From assembly GCA_963815195.1 (NCBI GenBank), contig CAWFGE010000013.1, positions 896,001 through 960,000 of the forward strand: DNA of 64,000 nt, written 5' to 3'. This document shows positions 1 through 11,275 of this stretch, one piece after another; the stretch's first letter is position 1, and each line of letters opens with the position of its first letter. The stretch comes from an uncultured Planctomycetaceae bacterium. GTDB lineage: Bacteria > Planctomycetota > Planctomycetia > Planctomycetales > Planctomycetaceae. The notes beneath the pieces were generated by a model that had not been told where the DNA came from, ran no database searches, and worked only from the letters and a program-made list of their open reading frames with translations. A program made the position numbers and the translations under genes.

Positions 1-2064
1 GGCCGATGGCTTAAAAACCAGTCCATCCGCTTTTTGAAGCCGGGCAAGCGCTCGATGATGTCGTTCTCCAGAACTTCCGCCGCGAACAAAGGCACGAGCC
101 CCACGAGCGACCGCGTGCGGAGCGGGATCGAATGCCCATCCACCAACAGCCGATCGTAATAGAAGCCGTCTTCCTCGTCCCACAGCCCGGTGCCGCCCAC
201 GCTGTTCATGGCGTCGGCGATGGCGATGTAATGCTCAAAGAACTTGGAGGCGACGTCCTCATACACCGGATCTTCGGCGGCCAGTTCGAGGGCCATCGAT
301 AACATCGTGCCGCAGTAAAACGCCATCCACGCCGTGCCGTCGGCTTGCTCCAAATGCCCGCCGGTGGGCAGCGGCTTCGAGCGATCGAACACGCCGATGT
401 TGTCCAGCCCCAAAAAACCGCCCGCGAACAGATTCCGCCCGTTGGGATCCTTGCGATTGACCCACCACGTGAAGTTGAGCATCAGCTTGTGAAACGCCCG
501 CTCCAGAAACGCCCGGTCGCGGTGGCCGCGTTCGTCGGCGATTTTATAGACCCGCCAGCAGCCCCAGGCATGCACCGGCGGGTTCACGTCGGAGAACGCA
601 AACTCATACGCCGGGATCTGCCCGTTGGGATGCATGTACCATTCTCGCAAGAACAGAATCAACTGCCGCTTCGCGAACTCCGCATCAATCTCCGCAAACG
701 GCACCATGTGAAACGCCAAATCCCACGCGGCGTACCAGGGGTACTCCCACTTGTCGGGCATCGAGATCACGTCGCGGTTGAACAAATGCGGCCAATCGTG
801 GTTCCGGCCGAACATCCGCTCGAACGGCGGGGCGGGCTGGCTGGGGTCGCCCTTGAGCCACTCCCGCACCGCATAATGATAAAACTGCTTCGTCCACAAC
901 AGCCCCGCATACGCTTGCCGGGCGACTTCGAGCCCTTGCGGATCACATTGCCGAGCGGTGGGATTTCGCGACGCAAAAAACGCATCCGCCTCGGCCAACC
1001 GCCCGAGAAAAGTTTCATCAAACGCAGCACCGAACGGCTCCTTGGTCTCGCTCGCGGTTTCCATCAATCGAAACCGCAGCACCGCCGACTCGCCCGGAGC
1101 GAGGTTCAACCGATACCACGCCGCCGCTTTCGTGCCCCGCTCGGCCGGGTTCACTGCGGCCAGATCGCCTTCAATCACCCGGCGGTGAAAGCCGTCCTTC
1201 ACATAAGGCGAACCGCTGGCAATTCCGAAAATTCGCTCAAAATGCGTTTCGTTTTCGGTGAATAACCACGCCGGCGGCGAAGCAGCGTTTTCCGGATCAA
1301 TCGAAAACGTGAAGGCCCCCAAGGTGGGATGATAGTTGCGAACCGTCGTTTCATCCGCCAACTTGAGGGCGGGCTTCGTCGTGCAATCGTCGTAATGGCA
1401 GCCCCAGGACCAGGTGTTCCGAAACCACACCGTCGGCAACACATGAAGCGCCGCCGCCTCGGGGCCGCGATTGGTCACCGTCAGCCGGATCAAAAGATCA
1501 TTCGGACCGGCCTTGGCATATTCCGCCTGCACATCGAAGTAGCGGTTCTCTTCAAAAATGCCCGTGTCGGCCAACTCGTATTCGCGGTCGTGGCAACCCC
1601 GCCGGCGATTCTCCGCGACCAAATCATCATAAGGAAAAGCCGCCTGCGGGTGCCGATACAAGGCCTTCATGTAAGAGTGCGTGGGCGTGGAATCCAAGTA
1701 GAAGTATTCCTCCTTGACATCCTCGCCGTGATTGCCTTCCGGCCCCGTCAAGCCGAACAGCCGCTCTTTGAGAATCGTGTCCTTCTCGTTCCACAGGGCC
1801 CACGCAAAACACAACCGGCACTCGCGGTCGGTGATGCCCAACAGGCCGTCCTCGCCCCAGCGGTAAGCCCGGCTGCGGGCGTGATCGTGGGGAAACGCGC
1901 ATCCACACCGCGCCGTGCTCCGAATAATCCTCCCGCACCGTGCCCCACTGCCGTTCGGAAAGATAAGGCCCCCAGCGCTTCCAGTTCGCCGTCCGCGCCT
2001 GGGATTGCCGGAGCCGATCGTCTTCCGCCGTCCGGCCGTAATTTGCAGGATGAGACATCCGCAC
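1..2064 (-). CDS. MGH1-like glycoside hydrolase (GH63-like glucosidase); runs off the left edge; frameshift near 1900
   Basis: N-terminus [21 protein letters not shown]. After a frame change near 1900 I read [51 protein letters not shown] and [12 protein letters not shown], all typical of this family. Confidence 0.9.
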
Positions 2065-2134
2065 CTCGGGGTGAGTCTAAGGGAGTCAAAGCACGCTTAA
2101 GCACAACGAACCGTGCATTGTAAGACCCCTGGCG

Positions 2135-3554
2135 TTAGGAATCCACGGAGTCCTGTTCGTCGGGGATCGCGCGGCCGTGCGGGTCTTCGCTGGGGCTTTC
2201 GAGTTCCGCGGCCAAATCCTGACGGAGCGACGGGTCGAGATAATGCTCGATCCGGTGGGCCGACTGGTGAAGTCGCTCGTCGGACAGATTGAAGTGCTGG
2301 GCCATGTAACTTTCCCAAAGCCGGTGAGCGCGAACGAGTCCCTGCGCCCGCTGCCGGCCTTGGTCTGTTAAATGATATTCCCGATCGAGCTTCTCAATGT
2401 TCCCCTGCCAAATCAGCCGCCAAAGCGCAAAGCGGGGAATCGGCATCTGGTAGCCCAGTTGCTGCGTCAACATAGACGGCGCGAACTCGGTTTGCTGATC
2501 GAGATCGAGTTCTTCCATGCGGTACAGCAGTCCCAGCAAATCGTCCCCGGCCACTTTCAAGCTGAGCAGCGTCTGATGCAGAAACCGGCTGAGAATCCCT
2601 TGCCGGGGTGCAAAGACCAGCGCCAGGAAAAACAGGCCCCCGGACGTCGCCGCCATCATCCCGGCCGTGCTCGCTTCTCCGATATGCTCGAACCCCATCG
2701 CCGGGAACAATAGGCCAGGCAAGGTCCGCGCCAACACATGCCCCAACAGAGCCGCTCAAGGCGGCGATGAACAGGCTCAAAGGAATCATCCGCTCGAGCC
2801 GCGAGGTCAGCAAAAACGCCGTCGCCGCGGGCACGATGAGCATCGCGATCACGATAATGCTGCCCACGCTTTCAAACACCGCCACAATCGTCGACGCCGT
2901 GACGCCCATCAACACATAGTTGATCATCGCCGAGTTGATGCCTAGGGCCGTCGCCAACTCCGCATCAAACGTGCTGATCCTCAATTCCTTGAAAAACAGC
3001 GCGACGAGACAAAGGTTAATGGTTAGCATCACGCCGTTAAACAAGATCGCGCGGGGAAGCTGCGTGCCGCTGATGGTGACCGTGTCCATAATCATCGTGG
3101 CGACGGAACCATAGAGCACGCACTGCACATCGATATGCGCGGTATCCACGATCCGCATCAAAAGGAGGCCGAGCGCAAACATGGTCGTAAATACCACGCC
3201 GAGAGCGGCCGTGGACTCCACCCGCCCGAGCTTGTGGATCGCCTCGGTCAACACGGCCGCCAGGATTCCGATCGCAATCGCCCCCAAGAACATCAGCCAA
3301 CTCACCGCCGACGCGAAGCTGTCGGCATCGGCGTGGTCCCCACCCGCGGGAATCAGCCAACGCGACAAAAGAAACGCGAGCACAATCCCCAACAGCGACG
3401 TGTGGCTGAGCGCATCGCCCATCAAACTCTGCCGGCGGAGCAACAGATAGTTCCCCGGAATCGCGCAAGCCATTCCCGCGAGCGCCGCAATGAGCACCAT
3501 CCAAGTATCAATCAGGCTCCAGGCCTCGAGTTGGATTAACATCTCAGCAAACAT
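2135..3554 (-). CDS. Mn/Zn/Fe ABC transporter permease (TroD-like) with a C-terminal DtxR/MntR-type domain; frameshift near 2745
   Basis: ABC-3 motifs LLRRQSLMGDALSHTSLLG and FFKELRISTFDAELA (ORF 2394-3554) join ORF 2135-2746, which ends LTDQGRQRAQGLVRAHRLWESYM...AHRIEH...DPHGRAIP. Confidence 0.88.
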
Positions 3555-3580
3555 GAAAGGTTGCGCCGCTATAAAAAATC

Positions 3581-3640
3581 AGCCGCAGGGCGCTAGCCCC
3601 GGTTCATAAAAACATTGGCCGCAGGGCGCTAACCCCGGCT
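3581..3640. repeat. Two direct copies of a REP-like palindrome (GCCGCAGGGCGCTA[G/A]CCCCGG)
   Basis: Copies at 3581-3604 and 3618-3640 in the gap between the two permeases; related to the units at 51118 and 55842-55900. Confidence 0.75.
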
Positions 3641-3662
3641 CTGTATCCGCGTCATTCGCGGT

Positions 3663-5166
3663 TTAAATCGATTCTCGGCTTACAGTTTGAGTTCTATCTC
3701 TATCTACGGAATTCGCCGACAATACGTGCGGGCTTTGGGGCATGCCCGGTTGATCCTGCTCCATCAGCGATTCCAGCTCGGCAATCATGGCGGGTTCCAA
3801 AATATGCTCAATGCGGTCGGCGTCGCGGTCGACTTGAGCCGGGGCGATGTCGGCATAGTGAATCAAAAACAATTCCCACATCCGATGATTCCGCACCGCG
3901 CGGCGGGCGAGTTCCAGGCCTTTGGGAGTCAAGCGATAACGTTCCTGCGCATCCCGCCACATCATTCCCTGCGTTTGCGCATCCCGCAAGACCCGCCGCA
4001 CGCGAACCGCCGTCCAGGTTCGCCTTAGCAGAAGGTCTTCCATCGTGACAGATTGGGCAAGAACATCGTCTTGAACCATCATGGGCATTTTCGATTCGAT
4101 GACTTCAAACGTAGCCCGCAGCAAATCGTGCTGGCCCACGCGTCGGCGGAGTCGGTGATGATTCCACAACCGATAAACGACACCGCGCTTCGCCCCGAAA
4201 AACAGGCTCACGAGAAAGAACACCGATTCGACCACGACAATCACGGCCCCGGTCGCCAGTTTGGGAATCAGCGAACTCGCCAAAACGCCCGCAAACGCGC
4301 TTCCGCCGCCGATGCCCGCCGACACGAGCGTCATCGTCACAAGATGATCAGACCAGAACCGAGCGGCCGCGGCGGGGATAATCAAAATCGCGACAACCAG
4401 GATTAAGCCCACGCTCTGGAGTCCAATCACCGTCACCGAAACCACAATGCCCATCAACAATAAATCGAGCACCGTCACCGGCCAGCCGACAGCCTTCGCG
4501 AATTCCTCGTCAAAACATAGCAGCGAAAACTCCTTAAAGAGGAGCCCGCAGAGAACCAACACCACAAGCGAGGCCTGGGCGATCAACACCACATCGGCAA
4601 GAATCATGCGGGCGGCCTGGCCGAAGATAAAATCCCTGAGTCCCGCCGAACTCCCTCCCGGCAGACTTTGAATCACCGTAAACAGCGAGATGCCGAGACC
4701 GTAAAAGATGCTGAGCACAATCGCAAGCGCTGCATCTTCTTTGACGCGGGACGACTTGACGATCAACAACGTGCACAACACGCCCGAGAGCGAGGAAATC
4801 GCCGCACCGATTAAAAGCCCCGACAAGTTCTTTCCCGTGCCTGGTTGCATGGCTTCCATAATCAGAAACGCCATGCCAATTCCCGGCAGCGAGGCATGTC
4901 CGACCACATCGCCCACCAGCGAGCGCTTTCGCAACAACATAAACACCCCCACGACTCCGCCGGAGATTCCCAGGAGCGTCGTGCCGAGCAGCACAATGCG
5001 GGTGTTATAGTCCTTGAGACTTAATGTCCGAAACAGACTCGCTTGTCAACGCGGAGTTGTTGGTTGCGTTCTGCTGCGCAAAAGCGTGGCTCGTCCAGAT
5101 CACAAGAACTAGGAAACCCAGGAGAATTGCACTCGATCTTTTCGTCCAAGGGAGGGGGATGCTCAT
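3663..5166 (-). CDS. Mn/Zn/Fe ABC transporter permease (TroC-like) with a C-terminal DtxR-type domain; frameshift near 5030
   Basis: [19 protein letters not shown] and [14 protein letters not shown] motifs; C-terminal [25 protein letters not shown]...ADRIEH. ATG at 5166 overlaps the ATPase stop codon; the frame shifts before [13 protein letters not shown]. Confidence 0.88.
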
Positions 5167-5966
5167 AGCGAATCCCCCATTTCCATGCGGTGGCCGACCT
5201 GGTCCAAGAGCGCGAGCTTTCCGCCATAGGTCTTTTTGAGGTTATCGGACGTAAAGGTTTTCGATGTCGGGCCGGCGGCGACGACTCTCATGTTAAGTAA
5301 TAACACATGGTCGAAGTATTCTTTCACGGTTTGCAGATCGTGATGCACGACGAGCGCGGTTTTTTGCGATTTCCGCAGTTCGCGGAGCAATTCCACGATG
5401 GCCCGTTCGGTCGCGGCATCCACGCCGGCGAACGGTTCATCCATCAGGTAGAGGTCGGCATCTTGAACCAAGGCTCTCGCTAAAAACACCCGCTGCTGCT
5501 GCCCGCCGGAGAGTTGGCTGATTTGCCGATGGGCATAAGGCCCCATGCCGACGCGCTCCAGGGCCTCCTGGGCGATCAGGCGGTACTTTCGCGTGACGGG
5601 TCTAAACCAGCCGATCTTGCGGTACAGGCCCATCGTCACGACCTGCAAGGCGTTGATCGGAAAATCCCAATCGACGGAGCCTCGCTGCGGGACATACGCC
5701 ACGCGGTCGCGGGATTTGCGATAGGGTTTTCCAAACACCTGCACGACGCCCGACGCGCGGGGCACGAGATCGAGAGCCGCCTTGATCAACGTCGATTTGC
5801 CCGCGCCGTTCGGCCCGATAATCGCGATCAACTTTCCCGCCGGGGCGACAAAATCAATATCCCAGAGCACCGGCTTGCGGTGATAAGCCACCGTCATATC
5901 TTGAATGGCGAGCGGCGATGTGCTAGGAGCCTCTTGAGGTGAAGTTGTGAAGGTGTTATCCAGCAT
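5163..5966 (-). CDS. Metal ABC transporter ATP-binding protein (TroB/MntB-like)
   Basis: Walker [46 protein letters not shown] and H-loop HHDL. Confidence 0.95.
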   Translation of the reverse strand: MLDNTFTTSPQEAPSTSPLAIQDMTVAYHRKPVLWDIDFVAPAGKLIAIIGPNGAGKSTLIKAALDLVPRASGVVQVFGKPYRKSRDRVAYVPQRGSVDWDFPINALQVVTMGLYRKIGWFRPVTRKYRLIAQEALERVGMGPYAHRQISQLSGGQQQRVFLARALVQDADLYLMDEPFAGVDAATERAIVELLRELRKSQKTALVVHHDLQTVKEYFDHVLLLNMRVVAAGPTSKTFTSDNLKKTYGGKLALLDQVGHRMEMGDSL

Positions 5967-5990
5967 AGGGTGTCAACGATTCATAGTCTG

Positions 5991-6017
5991 TCTTAATCTT
6001 AATCTTAATCTTAATCT
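5991..6017. repeat. Hexamer tandem repeat (TCTTAA)x4.5
   Basis: Directly visible in the gap between the binding-protein and ATPase genes. Confidence 0.85.
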
Positions 6018-6127
6018 GCCTTTCACATTCATCCTTCAACGACCAATGATGATGGAAACGACAACATCATAGAGCACAAAATCATGCTTCCTTTGTCAGC
6101 GGCGAGGATAGACTGTTATAGGGCGAC

Positions 6128-7208
6128 CTAATTCGCGGACAGTTTCCCATTGAGCCCCTGTTTTGGGGCTCGGCCGCCGAGGGCGAGGGTGATGGCCGTG
6201 ACGTTGTGGTCCATCATGCCGATGTATGTGCCTTCGTAGGTTCCAGTCCGGCCCATCGCATCGGAGTAGAGATTGCCGCCGATGGCCACGTCCTGGCCGC
6301 GCTTCTCGCGCCTTCGCGGATGGCTTGCATGTTTTTGGGGTTCACGCTGCTTTCAACGAAGATGGCTTTGATCTTTCGCGGCGATGAGATCCACCAGCCG
6401 GTTGACATCGTTCACGCCCGCTTCGGATTCCGTGGTAATTCCCTGGGCGGATTTGACGGGGATGTTATAGGCGCAGGAAAAATACCCGAAGGCATCATGC
6501 GCCGTGATCAGCACGCGGTTTTCTTCGGGAATGCTGGCGATGGCTTTCCGCGCATAGTCCGCGAGCCCCGCGAGTTGTTTTCGATAAGCCTCGGCGTTTT
6601 GGGCATAGGTTTCTTTGCCTTTGGGGTCGTACGCCGAGAGCGCATTGGCGACGTGCAGCGTGCACAAGCTCCAGGCGTCGATATTTCCCCAGACGTGCGG
6701 GTCGTAGTAGCCTTCAAACTCCGGTGGCGAATGCAAGAAGCCGCGGGAGAGGCCGTCGGTCACGGCGAACACGGGCTTGCCGGTCTTCGCCTGGCGGGCG
6801 AAGACGTCCTGCATGCGGTGCTCGAGATTGAGGCCGGAGTAAAACACGACGTCGGCTTCCATCAGCTTTTGCACATCGTCGCGCGTGGGCTGATACAAAT
6901 GCGGATCGACGCCTTCGCTCATCAGTCCGGTGACATGCGCGGCCGCCGGCGACGTGCCGGACAATATCGGTCACCATGCCCACGGTGGTCACGATCTCAA
7001 ACGGGCCATCGCCCGTGCGGGTTTCGGAAATGGGAAAGGCCACGTCTTTGCGGGCGGTGGGCCGAAGTTCGTCGCCGCACCTGAGGGACACATCGCTGCT
7101 GGTCCGGCCGGTCTCCGTGTCCCCGGAACTGGAGGGAGCACAGCCCGCCAACAGGAACAGCACCGTCCCACCGAGGAGCAGCCCGGCTCGCGATAAAGCT
7201 TGATTCAT
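6128..7208 (-). CDS. Metal ABC transporter substrate-binding lipoprotein (TroA/MntA-like); two frameshifts (near 6950 and 6380-6300)
   Basis: Lipobox LLAGC after MNQALS; GVDPHLYQPT, DPHVW, TAHDAFGYF, FVESSV and LYSDAMG motifs spread over several frames; TAG stop at 6128-6130. Confidence 0.88.
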
Positions 7209-7260
7209 CAAACGCCCTCGATGGATGATATTGTTGGATTTGAACATCCAGAAAAAAAGT

Positions 7261-7274
7261 TTTGATGAATCAAA
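7261..7274. promoter_or_regulatory. Candidate DtxR/TroR-family operator, TTTGAT-GA-ATCAAA
   Basis: Perfect 6-2-6 dyad in an AT-rich stretch about 55 bp upstream of the tro-like operon. Confidence 0.55.
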
Positions 7275-7366
7275 TTTAACCGCCGTGCGCAAAAAGAGCA
7301 AGGTTGTTCAGGAAGAAATTCCATTCCCAACCTTCGCCAGGGGAAGGTTGGGAGTTTGCGGAGATT

Positions 7367-7836
7367 CTACTTGGTTTGGGGAGCGTGCCGGAGCATGGGG
7401 CCGAGTTCTTCCACGAAGTCGTTCACATCCTGGAACTCGCGGTAGACGGAGGCGAACCGCACGAACGCGACCTCGTCAACTTCCCGTAGGGCCTCGAAGA
7501 TCCGCTCGCCCATGTAGCGAGAGGGGACTTCGATTTCAAAATGCTCGTACACGTCCGCTTCGACGGCGGAGATGATCGCCTCGATTTGCTCCGTCGTCAC
7601 AGGCCGTTTCCAGCAGGCTTTTTCGAGGCCCACGCGTATCTTTTGCGAGTCGAACGGCACGCGGGAGCCGTCCTTCTTGATGACCTTCAGGGGCGATTCT
7701 TCGATTTTTTCGTAGGTGGTAAACCGCCGCTGGCAGTCGGGGTTCAGGCATCGTCGTCTTCGGCGGATCACAAAATCCTGGCTCTGCGCGAGTCGATGAC
7801 CTTCGTTTCACCCTCTCGGCAAAACGGGCAAATCAT
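7367..7836 (-). CDS. nrdR: Transcriptional repressor NrdR; frameshift near 7785
   Basis: MICPFC...TKVIDSR, then IRRRRRC...C..RFTTYE, ATP-cone [12 protein letters not shown] and [13 protein letters not shown]. Confidence 0.95.
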
Positions 7837-7916
7837 GACGACCCTTCCTCAATACCACACGGCAGTTACATGGAAGTATCCTTTCAGACAACTCACTCTT
7901 AACCCCGCCTTAAAAT

Positions 7917-7996
7917 ACCCAATTTCAAGCGCAGTGGCTAGTCAATCGCCACAAATGGTTGTGGGACAACAACTTGACAAACACTACCTATGGGTC
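7917..7996. promoter_or_regulatory. Two, probably three, NrdR boxes at a 32-bp period
   Basis: ACCCAATTTCAAGCGC (7917, weak), CCACAAATGGTTGTGG (7949) and ACACTACCTATGGGTC (7981) compared with the consensus acaCwAtATaTwGtgt. Confidence 0.7.
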
Positions 7997-8010
7997 GCGT
8001 TTGGGCGGAT

Positions 8011-10998
8011 TCACTTTTCGGGCGAGGCGGCGATTTGGCCGATGAATGAGGCGTGGCGGCGGGTGAGGAAGCGGAGCTTTTCGAGGAGCCGCTCGCGGAG
8101 GTCGGGGCGGGACTCGGCGAGGTTCACGGTTTCGCCGGGATCGTGTTTCAGATCGAAGACGAAACACGTGCCGGTGGGCCGGTCGAAGATCAGCTTGTGC
8201 TCGAACCGGGACACGACGCCCAAGGTGTCGTAATGCGTGCAGAGCAGCATGTCGCGGTTGCGGTAGCGTCCGGGATCGACCCGGCAGCCGTCCTTCAACA
8301 GCGGCACCAGGCTTCGGCACGTCAGCGGATGATCGGGCACCGGATTCGCATATTTGATGCCGGCTACCTCGGCGATCGTTGGGACGATGTCCATCTGCAA
8401 GACCGGCTCGCCGGAGACCCGGTTCCCCGCCAGGCCGGGGACTTTGAGAATCATCGGCATCCGCAGGCATTGCTCGTAGAGGTGCGAGACGTAATACATG
8501 TGCTCGTGTTCGAACCATTGGCAGCCGTGGTCGCCGACGATCACAATCAGCGTGTTGTCGTACAGGTTCTTTTCTTTGAGCTTATCAAGAATCCTGCCGA
8601 TCTGGGCGTCCATGCGGGTGATGGTTTGCAGGTAGCATTTGTATTTTTCGTGGGTGCCTCCGCTGGGCAGCGTGGCGTCGGATTCATAAATGCGAAGCCC
8701 GTTGGGAAAGCCCAGCTCGGCGGCGCGTTCGTCGGATGTGCGTTTCCAGGGGAAATGCGTGTCGGACATGTGCTCGCAGAAGAAGAACCGTTCGCCGGGC
8801 TTCAGGCTGTCGAGGAATTCCACGATCCGGTCGGCTCGTTTGTCACCCCGCCAGATGCCCCGGCCTTCTTCGGTGCTGGTGACTTCGGAACTGTAGTCCT
8901 CGCCGGATTTCCAGGCGGTGGCTTCGCGGCCCTTGAGTTCCTCCGGGACGAACAGATCGAAAAACGGGGCGGTATCCGCGTGGCACCAGCGGTTGACGCC
9001 CGCGAGCTTCAGCACTTTGTAAAGATTGTTGTAGCGGCTGTAGCGGTCGCCGAAGGATTGGCCGGCGTGCATCTCGGCGATTCGCAGAATGCGGCCGCTG
9101 TTGACGGCGAACCAGCCGTCCCAGGTGCTCGGATAATAACAACGGGCCTGGGTAAACCGCGTGCCTTCGCGAGCGACGGCATCGATGTTCGGCGTGGCGA
9201 CAAGACCGTCGGGCAACCGCCGCTGTCCATACGCCGAGATCGCCCGGCAGGTGACGCCTTCGAGAAAAAAGACCGCCACGTTCGGGAAGTTTTTGGCCTT
9301 TTGGGCGTCGGCGATTTCGAAGCGGTCGATGGGCACGGGCACGACTTCCGGGGCGGCAATCCCGCCGGCTTGGACCGCGGGGTCGGCGTCGTCCGGGTCG
9401 GCACCGTGGAGGACGGCGGCGTAACCGTCGCGGTCGGCATCGAACACCCAGTGCAGAAATCGCAGTTCAAACTCGTGGCGATTGTGAAACTCCACCGCCC
9501 GCGCGAATACGTTTTCGGAAATCTGCCGCCAACCCCAAAACGGCCAACTGGCAATGCCGAGCGTGGCGAACGCCGCCGCCACGACCGCGATCCGCGCGAG
9601 CATGCCGCAGAGATTGAAAACTCGATCAGGCGTAGGCGCAGCCGGCCGCCCGAACCGTCCGATCAATCGGGAACCGGCGAGATACACCCAGCCCGCCGCC
9701 AAGAGAGACATCAGCACCTGGAGGCACGGGAACAGGCCGGCTTTGAGCATGCCCCGCCAGTCGTCGAATTCAAAAAGCTGATCGATTTTTTGAAAGAACC
9801 AGGTCAGACCTGCGATGCCGAGGGCGGTGAAAACGATCAAACCACTCATCCGCACGCCCGCGGACGTCCGCCGGGGAACCGCAAGCCGCAGGAGCGGATA
9901 CAGCGGAAACAAGAGCAGGTTCCAGAACGCGATTTCCGACCGTTTCGGGAGCCGGACACTGCGATTCGCCGCGAGCGCCCGCCGGGCGGAGTCTTCAAAA
10001 TCCCCGCGGAGCAAAAGCCCGCCCGCCATCAGCAGCGGCATCAATCCCGCGACCAAAAGCCCCAGCGAAACCGCGGGCAGGATCCAGCCATCGTTGGCGA
10101 CGATTTCCGGCAGGACTTTGATCTGCCAGGGCACCAACAGGGCGACGGCCCAAAACCCCGCGATCGCCAGCGCCTGTCGGCGGCAGTCGGTCGGCGTGAA
10201 GAACAAGCCCTTCGCCCGTTCGCTTCGCGAAAGCCGGCCAAGCACCAGAGAGGCCGCACACCCCCAAACCGCCGCAATCGTGGCAAACAACAGCGACGTG
10301 GAATAAAGCAGCCAATTCGCCATTTCCACTTCGCCCGGTTGGAAGAAGGGCCGGAAATCATAGCCGTTGTTGAGCTTGGGGTCCCAGAACTTCACGTGTT
10401 CGTAAAACGCATACGCCGCGACCGACGCGCAGCCCAGGAGGTAAATTACGCTCAGCCGCACGGCCCGGTTTTGCGGGGGGGCCTTGAAGTCCAGCGGCGA
10501 AGTGCCGGGGCGCTCGGTCATCCGGGCCATTGGACCCAACAGCCGCCACGCCGCGGAAATTCCCAACAGCAGGATCAGCCAATCCGCAATGCCCACGGGT
10601 TCGATTTCGGTGCCGGCGGCCGAGTCCATCTCCACAAATCGGCAGGCAAACAGACCCAGTCCCCACATCAGTCCGCATTGCCAAAGCAGCGAGACGGGAA
10701 ACGGGCGGTTTTCTTGGCGTGGATACCACCAGCCGGCGGCGAGGAACACTCCCAGAAACGCCGCTGTCACCGCAAACGCCAGCATGAACCACGGAAAATG
10801 GAGGTCCGCGAATTCCAGGAGCGGGACATCCTGAATTTCAAAGGTTTGGGCAATCCCGGAGGTTTTCACCGCCCGAAACCCGATCATCCCGGCCAAAAGC
10901 AGCAAATTGGCCAGCCAGATCCAGCCGAACACCACCCAGGCGGGCAGCCGCTCGGAAAGCCGTCCTAAGAATTTCCAAAAACCGCGGTGCATGCTCAA
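8011..10998 (-). CDS. Polytopic membrane protein with a C-terminal sulfatase/alkaline-phosphatase-superfamily domain (LtaS/YejM-like architecture)
   Basis: About 500 aa of hydrophobic helices, then PNVAVFFLEG, TPNIDAVAREG, DTHFPW, NTLIVIVGDHG, LYEQCLRMPMI and FDLKHDPGETVNL. Confidence 0.8.
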   Translation of the reverse strand: MSMHRGFWKFLGRLSERLPAWVVFGWIWLANLLLLAGMIGFRAVKTSGIAQTFEIQDVPLLEFADLHFPWFMLAFAVTAAFLGVFLAAGWWYPRQENRPFPVSLLWQCGLMWGLGLFACRFVEMDSAAGTEIEPVGIADWLILLLGISAAWRLLGPMARMTERPGTSPLDFKAPPQNRAVRLSVIYLLGCASVAAYAFYEHVKFWDPKLNNGYDFRPFFQPGEVEMANWLLYSTSLLFATIAAVWGCAASLVLGRLSRSERAKGLFFTPTDCRRQALAIAGFWAVALLVPWQIKVLPEIVANDGWILPAVSLGLLVAGLMPLLMAGGLLLRGDFEDSARRALAANRSVRLPKRSEIAFWNLLLFPLYPLLRLAVPRRTSAGVRMSGLIVFTALGIAGLTWFFQKIDQLFEFDDWRGMLKAGLFPCLQVLMSLLAAGWVYLAGSRLIGRFGRPAAPTPDRVFNLCGMLARIAVVAAAFATLGIASWPFWGWRQISENVFARAVEFHNRHEFELRFLHWVFDADRDGYAAVLHGADPDDADPAVQAGGIAAPEVVPVPIDRFEIADAQKAKNFPNVAVFFLEGVTCRAISAYGQRRLPDGLVATPNIDAVAREGTRFTQARCYYPSTWDGWFAVNSGRILRIAEMHAGQSFGDRYSRYNNLYKVLKLAGVNRWCHADTAPFFDLFVPEELKGREATAWKSGEDYSSEVTSTEEGRGIWRGDKRADRIVEFLDSLKPGERFFFCEHMSDTHFPWKRTSDERAAELGFPNGLRIYESDATLPSGGTHEKYKCYLQTITRMDAQIGRILDKLKEKNLYDNTLIVIVGDHGCQWFEHEHMYYVSHLYEQCLRMPMILKVPGLAGNRVSGEPVLQMDIVPTIAEVAGIKYANPVPDHPLTCRSLVPLLKDGCRVDPGRYRNRDMLLCTHYDTLGVVSRFEHKLIFDRPTGTCFVFDLKHDPGETVNLAESRPDLRERLLEKLRFLTRRHASFIGQIAASPEK

Positions 10999-11275
10999 AC
11001 GTTATCCCACTCGATGCCAGCCTGTCCATTTGGGACCAAAAAACCCGAAAATTCAGCGAATTTTTGTTTAAGGATACGTGAAGACTGTGTGAGTGGGAAT
11101 CACCGGGCTTTAAAAAATTCTCGCAAAAATCCAAAAAATTATTTTCGGTTGGGGAATAAACTCCGCCGGGAGCGCATCTCAGGTGTGATGACCGCCTCGA
11201 GGTCGGGGCGGACCCGGAATGCGTTGTCCGGGAACAATGGAATCTTGAGTTCATTACATCGAGAGGAACTCCCCC

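Noticed and set aside
5991..6017. (TCTTAA)n tract as a phase-variation switch
   Set aside because: It is intergenic, short and a multiple of three, with no evidence that it overlaps a promoter. Listed only as a repeat.
8053..10968. 971-aa plus-strand ORF antisense to the sulfatase-like gene (similar cases: 48761-51037, 26346-27575, 34376-35809)
   Set aside because: Shadow ORFs expected from high-GC codon bias. They have no recognisable motifs, and the opposite strand has clear family signatures.
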